From: an uncultured Chloroflexia bacterium
GTDB lineage: Bacteria > Chloroflexota > Limnocylindria > Limnocylindrales > CSP1-4
Length of the DNA: 64,000 nucleotides
Direction: 5' to 3'
NCBI GenBank assembly: GCA_963734535.1
Contig: CAVTHS010000003.1
Location: forward strand, 32,001-96,000
Shown in pieces: positions 59,069 to 64,000 of this stretch (position 1 is the first letter of the stretch; each line of letters opens with the position of its first letter). A program made the translations under genes and the position numbers. The notes beneath the pieces are model-generated. The model searched no databases and was not told the origin of the DNA. It saw only the letters and a list, made by a program, of their open reading frames with translations.

Positions 59069-62047
59069 ATGCGCGCGACCATCCACGCATGCGACTGGGC
59101 CTCCGCGCAGCCGACGACCGTGCCTGATCGCGCCGAGCTTGTCGAGCGCGACGAGCTGGAGACGCTTCGCCGGCGTCCGGGCGCGCCGGGCTCCAGCCCG
59201 GCGGCAGCGGTCGCCGACGACCCGACCATCCAGATCCTGCCTGCCACGTCTCGCCGAACGGGGCCCGGATCGGGTCCGGCCATCTTCCCGCGTGGGATGG
59301 GTCCGGCAGCCTTCATGGCGACACAGCGACTCGCGGGCAACCGAGCGATGCTCCAGGCCCTAGCCAGGGCGCAGGTGTCGCTCCTGCGCACGACGGCGGA
59401 CCCGGAGCAGGACGAGGAGAAGCCCGCCGGCGGCGCCTCGCCGGCCGAGTTGCTCGCGCTGCCAGGGCAGGCGGGCGCGGCGGCCGGAGCCCCGAACGGC
59501 GCGGCTGGTTCGGGAGAGCAGGGGGGCGCGGGCGAGGGATCTGCGGCCGGCGCCGGCGCGAAGCTGTCGAAACAGGGCGGTGGTGGTCGGAACGGCCAGG
59601 AGCTCGAGAAACCCGCTCTGTCGGCGGCCGGTGACGCGGCGGGTCCAGCCGGCCAGGCCGGCGCCGCGATCGGTGGAGCAGGGGCGGCGTCTGCGGTTGG
59701 CGGAGCCGGGGCCGGTGCCGGAGCCGGAGCCGCGGCCGCGGGCGAAGCGGCCGGAGCCGCGGCCGTCGGCGCAGCGGGGGCCGGAGCAGCAGGTGAATCG
59801 GCTGGGGCCTCGGCCGCGGGTGCTGCGGCCGAGGCCGCGATCGGGACTGCCGTCGGAGGCGGGCCGGGCGCCGCCGCAGGTGCTGCGGCCGGAGCCGCGG
59901 TCGGAGGAGCGTCGGGCTCGGGCGCATCGGCGGGCAGTCGATCGACCGATGTCGCTGCCGGCGCCGGCGCGCCCGGAGGCGGGGCCGCCGGGTCGTCCCG
60001 CACCCGCCGAACCGAGCCGCCGCCGATCACTGGGACGGGCGGTCCGTCGACGCCCCGGGCGGGCAGCGGCCCGTCGACCGGCCCGGGTGGCGTGACGGCA
60101 GGCGGCGGTCCGGGCCAGGCAGGCGGCGCTCCGGGCCAGGCAGGCGGCGGTCCCGCCACGACCCTCGACGCGACGGGGAGCGGGCCTGCGTCTCCGATCA
60201 CCACAGCTCCCGCGACCGCCACCGGCGGGAACGGGGCCTCTGGCGTCGCGGACCCCACAACCGCGAGAACCGGCATCGACTGGAACCAGATGCTCTCGGA
60301 CTTCGGGCCGCCCGCCCGCACCGTTCTCGAGGTCGGCCGGCTCATCCCTGGCTGGGGGCTGTTGGCCGGCCTCGCGTCCGACTCCCTCAGCTGGGCGAGC
60401 GACATGAGCTCGATCCCGGCGTCCAAGAACGCCCGGTTCGCGACGGACCTCGTGATCTTCCGGAACGTCGTGAACATCCTGAACAACGGGCTCGGGCACG
60501 TCCTGTACGTGGACCAGCTGATCCAGGACGGGCTGGCGGGATCGGTCGTGGGCGCCGAGTTCACACCCTTGACCGCGGCGGCCAATGAGGTCCTCGCCGG
60601 CATCAAGGTGGCGCTCGACGAGGTCCAGCTGGGGACCGACGTGCTCGTCGAGGTCGAAGCCCTGTACCAGGCGAACCACGCGCCGGACAGCACCGAGGCC
60701 GAGGCGTGGCGTGCCCTCGCGGACAACTACGCCGCGAACATCCTCGGCGATGTCGTCAATACGATCCTGGACCTCATCAGCCTCGCGAGCGCGGGTGCCG
60801 CGAACACCGCGCCGGTCGAGGAGGCGAAGCTGCCGCTGACCCTCGCCGGCGCATTCCTCGAGCACGCCGCCCCGAACATCATCTCGGCCATCAACAACGT
60901 CGTCGGCGTCTGGCTCGGGACCGGCGTGACCGCCGGACGCCATGCGGCGACCGGCACCCCCGCCACCGGCGGCGCGGCTGCGGGCCCGGCCGCTGGCACG
61001 TCGAGCACCCCGGGCGGACCGGCTCCGGCACCAGGCGCCGCGGGTCCCGGCGCAGGGACAAAGGTGCAGCGGATCATGGCCGGGCAGCCAGGCGAGACAA
61101 GCGGACCCGGGGGCCGCGCGGCGCGCCTCCAGGCACAGGCCGCGGCCTACGACGTGGCGGGCGGCTTCATCGACATCGAAGCGCCCCAGGCCCGTGCCAC
61201 CTATGACGGCATGAACCTCGTGATCGGCGCGTTCGAGGCATATGCGGAAGACCAGATCGCCCAGATCGACGCGGTGGTCGGCGCGCTGTCCGGCGGCAAG
61301 TCGGCCTTCCAGGTGATCCGGGACGCCGTCAAGGCCGGCCTCGATGACATGAACGCGAAGCTCGGCGTGGCCCAGCAGCTCGGCGAGACCGCGACCAACG
61401 CGAAGGCGAACGCCGCGTCCATCTCGGCGGCGTGCACGACGGTCCTGGCCGGGATCGACGGCCTTGTCATGCCCAGCGTTCGAATTCCGAGCGTGGACCT
61501 CGGGGATGGCGTCCTCGCCGATGCCGCTGCAGCCGTCGCGAACACGGCGGCGGCGGCTGCGAACACCGCCCTCGAGCTGGCCGTCTCGGGCGTGTCGGCG
61601 GCCCTCGACACGGCGAAGGACGCGATCCGGAGCCCCATCCTGGATCTCAAGAGCCATGCCGACAGCCTCGGCGAATGGCTCGCGATCCTCGCCACGAAGA
61701 GCACCGAGTTGGTTGCCTCGCTGCATACCCAGATCGCCTCGTTCAGCGAGGGCCTCGGGCACTGCAACAACGTCGAGGACGTCATCAACCTGATCATCGG
61801 CCAGGTGAGCGACATGACCGGCATGCCCAGGGTCACGGTGCAGGACCTCCGGGACACCTGGGACAGCGTCGGGCCGTACATCGACCAGTTCGCCGCGCTC
61901 GGGCCCCAGCTGCACGATCGAGCCGCGGCCCTGCGCGCGCAGGCTGCCGAGCTCGGCGCGGAAGACGAGGGCGGCACCACGTTCGCCCTGCCGCCCGGGC
62001 CGCCGCCGGACGCGGGCGCGGGCGCCGGGGTGGGGGCGCCGGCCTGA
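59069..62047 (+). CDS. Large Gly/Ala-rich protein with QRLAGN leader and helical C-terminal region; putative eCIS-type effector
   Basis: ATQRLAGNRAM, long Gly/Ala linker, helical region with hydrophobic segments (LIPGWGLLAGLA), KVQR. Start may be GTG 59120. Confidence 0.75.
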   Translation: MRATIHACDWASAQPTTVPDRAELVERDELETLRRRPGAPGSSPAAAVADDPTIQILPATSRRTGPGSGPAIFPRGMGPAAFMATQRLAGNRAMLQALARAQVSLLRTTADPEQDEEKPAGGASPAELLALPGQAGAAAGAPNGAAGSGEQGGAGEGSAAGAGAKLSKQGGGGRNGQELEKPALSAAGDAAGPAGQAGAAIGGAGAASAVGGAGAGAGAGAAAAGEAAGAAAVGAAGAGAAGESAGASAAGAAAEAAIGTAVGGGPGAAAGAAAGAAVGGASGSGASAGSRSTDVAAGAGAPGGGAAGSSRTRRTEPPPITGTGGPSTPRAGSGPSTGPGGVTAGGGPGQAGGAPGQAGGGPATTLDATGSGPASPITTAPATATGGNGASGVADPTTARTGIDWNQMLSDFGPPARTVLEVGRLIPGWGLLAGLASDSLSWASDMSSIPASKNARFATDLVIFRNVVNILNNGLGHVLYVDQLIQDGLAGSVVGAEFTPLTAAANEVLAGIKVALDEVQLGTDVLVEVEALYQANHAPDSTEAEAWRALADNYAANILGDVVNTILDLISLASAGAANTAPVEEAKLPLTLAGAFLEHAAPNIISAINNVVGVWLGTGVTAGRHAATGTPATGGAAAGPAAGTSSTPGGPAPAPGAAGPGAGTKVQRIMAGQPGETSGPGGRAARLQAQAAAYDVAGGFIDIEAPQARATYDGMNLVIGAFEAYAEDQIAQIDAVVGALSGGKSAFQVIRDAVKAGLDDMNAKLGVAQQLGETATNAKANAASISAACTTVLAGIDGLVMPSVRIPSVDLGDGVLADAAAAVANTAAAAANTALELAVSGVSAALDTAKDAIRSPILDLKSHADSLGEWLAILATKSTELVASLHTQIASFSEGLGHCNNVEDVINLIIGQVSDMTGMPRVTVQDLRDTWDSVGPYIDQFAALGPQLHDRAAALRAQAAELGAEDEGGTTFALPPGPPPDAGAGAGVGAPA

Positions 62048-62072
62048 CCCGACGCGAGCAGGACACGCCGGA

Positions 62073-63611
62073 TCAGGGGAGGGACGCCACCGCCGTCACC
62101 AGGTCGCGCACCGCAGCTTCCAGGGCCTGGCCCGGCTCGCCGGCGACGATGCCATCCGACACGTCGGCCTGGACCTGCGCCGCGAGGCGGCCGGTCGCGG
62201 TGGTGGCCGCAGCCGTGTCACCACCCGCCAGCGTACCCGCCACCTGGTCGAGGAGATCGCTCAGCTGCTTCGCCTCCTTGCCCTTCAGGGCGCCGGGACC
62301 ACGTGCCGCGTCGATCGCCGCACGGACATCGGCGGCGCGCGCCGCCGCGACGGCGAACGGGTCGGCGACGGGGGACGGTGGGAGGCTCGGTGGCGCGCTG
62401 GGGAGCGTTGACTCGGCCGGTGATGCCGACGACGACCGCGCAGCTCCGCTCGAGGCGGGCGCGTTGGACGGTCCACCCCCGAACGCGCCCGCGATCGCGA
62501 GCAGGACCAGGAGCACGACCACGGCGACGATCGCGACGAGGAGGATCTCGCCGGTCCACAGCGAGGGGCCGCGATAGCGATCCGACCCGTGGCCCGGCCG
62601 CGAGGGGATCGGGGTCGCTGGACGCGACCGATCGCCGGTGCCGGGCACGCCCGGCGGCGAGGCGATGGCGGCCCGCGTGGGGGCGTCCGGTCCTGTGGCC
62701 CCGGCAGGGACGCCGGCTCCCGGTCCCATCCCGATCCCGCCCGCGGCCATCGCCGCGGATGGGGCGGGTCCGCCCGCGGAGACGGCGAGGTTCCGCAGCC
62801 CCGTCGCCATCTCGGCGGCGCTCGGACGCGTCCCGGGCCGAATGTCGAGCGCGCGTGCGATGAGCGACGCAAGGGCGGGCGCCACGCCGGGAAGGTGCTC
62901 GCCCAGGGGTGCAGCCGGGAGCAGCCGAGCGCTGACGAGCTCGGCGACGTTCCCCGCCGCATGCGGCAGGACGCCCGAGAGGGTTCGGTAGGCGACCGCC
63001 CCCAGCCCATAGACGTCGGACGCGGCGGACGGCGGCTCGCCCTCGAGCAGCTCCGGTGCGAGGTAGGCGAGGGTGCCGACCGTGGTGCCCGTCGCCGTCA
63101 GCTCGGTGAGCCGGGGTCGCTCACTCGCCCCTCCGGTGCGCGCCAGCCCCAGGTCTCCGAGCTTTGCCCGGCCACCCGAGAGGAGCACGTTGCGCGGGGT
63201 CACGTCCCGGTGGAGGATGCCGCGGGCGTGGAGCGCCGCGAGGCCCTCGGCGGCGTCGGCAAGCAGCGGAAGGGCCACGGCCACGGCCAGCGCGCCGGCC
63301 GCGTCGAGCCGGTCGCCCAGCGACCCGTCCGGGCAGAGCTCCATGACGAGGAACGGGTCGCTCCCGGCCTTCGTCACCACGTCGTGAATCGCGATCACGT
63401 GCGGGCTCGCCACGGCGGCAAGCGCGCGCGCCTCGCGGTCGAACCGCTCGGTCAGGAGCGGGTCGCCGGCGAAGGTCGGCATGAGCACTTTCACGGCCAC
63501 GTCGCGGTCCAGGCGCAGGTCGTGGGCGCGCCAGACGGTTCCCATGCCGCCCGCTCCAAGGCGCGTGTCGATGCGGTAGCGATCCGCAAGGAGATCACCG
63601 ATGGCGGGCAT
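62073..63611 (-). CDS. Membrane Ser/Thr protein kinase (Hanks type)
   Basis: LGAGGMGTVW, VAVK, HRDVTPRN, DLGLA, YLAPE, SDVYGLG, TM helix, helical extracellular domain. Confidence 0.9.
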   Translation of the reverse strand: MPAIGDLLADRYRIDTRLGAGGMGTVWRAHDLRLDRDVAVKVLMPTFAGDPLLTERFDREARALAAVASPHVIAIHDVVTKAGSDPFLVMELCPDGSLGDRLDAAGALAVAVALPLLADAAEGLAALHARGILHRDVTPRNVLLSGGRAKLGDLGLARTGGASERPRLTELTATGTTVGTLAYLAPELLEGEPPSAASDVYGLGAVAYRTLSGVLPHAAGNVAELVSARLLPAAPLGEHLPGVAPALASLIARALDIRPGTRPSAAEMATGLRNLAVSAGGPAPSAAMAAGGIGMGPGAGVPAGATGPDAPTRAAIASPPGVPGTGDRSRPATPIPSRPGHGSDRYRGPSLWTGEILLVAIVAVVVLLVLLAIAGAFGGGPSNAPASSGAARSSSASPAESTLPSAPPSLPPSPVADPFAVAAARAADVRAAIDAARGPGALKGKEAKQLSDLLDQVAGTLAGGDTAAATTATGRLAAQVQADVSDGIVAGEPGQALEAAVRDLVTAVASLP

Positions 63612-64000
63612 GGCCCGAGAGTACCCCGCGCGTCGTTGCGTTGCGGGCGGCGTACGCTTCGCGTCGATGTTCGCCACACTCGCGGGGAGCTACCCGGGGC
63701 CCACCGACGTGCCGCCTGCCCGGGCGCTCAGGCTTGTCCTGGTGGCGCAGGCCGGCGCGGGGCTCGGGCTCCTCTCCGACGGGATCGTGCACCACTCGGA
63801 TGACCCGTCCACGCTGGTGAGGGCCTGGACGGCCGCCCGGGACGCGGCCCACGCCGGGGGGATCGGCCTGCCCGTCAAGCTCGCCGTCGCCGGCCCATGG
63901 GCGCGCGTCGCGCTCTCCGCCGGCACGCCACGCGCGCCCTCGACCGCGACCGACGCGCCGGACGGGCAGTCTTCGGCCGCGCTGTCGGCGGCCGCGACCC

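Noticed and set aside
58660-61915. Long antisense ORFs (58660-60726, 59360-61915) and many other long shadow ORFs in the window
   Set aside because: Expected in very high-GC DNA; they overlap well-supported genes and lack motifs.
63690-64000. Partial minus-strand ORF at the window edge
   Set aside because: Truncated and without recognisable motifs; coding status cannot be supported.

Overview
Very GC-rich bacterial chromosomal window of about 60 CDS and one tRNA-Lys(CTT). Gene content and style suggest Chloroflexota or a similar high-GC monoderm; this is inference only. No integrase, transposase, CRISPR array or rRNA was seen. Most of the window is housekeeping: acyl-CoA metabolism (two acyl-CoA dehydrogenases, an isobutyryl-CoA-mutase-type large subunit with distant small subunit and MeaB, hbd, thiolase, aldehyde dehydrogenase), tyrosine phenol-lyase, folE, carAB behind tandem PyrR-type sites, an M16 peptidase pair, an alkylation-repair cluster (SRAP, Ada/AlkA, Ogt), two ECF sigma loci, a two-component system and a Ser/Thr kinase. 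The most interesting signal is two unlinked loci 55 kb apart: an OmpA-like plus HEXXH metallopeptidase protein with a coupled small partner (1885-3998, minus strand), and a ~990-aa Gly/Ala-rich helical protein divergent from a CPBP protease (58046-62047). Both proteins carry an N-terminal Q-R-x-A-G-N-R motif plus a later (I/V)QR motif, as seen in eCIS-associated (DUF4157-type) cargo proteins. Both genes are preceded by the same 17-bp element CGCCCGATCGGGCACGT followed by CTGCCCG. This suggests a dispersed, co-regulated set of orphan contractile-injection-system effectors. Several single-base frameshifts indicate possible assembly indel errors. Product calls come from motif recognition, not database searches.
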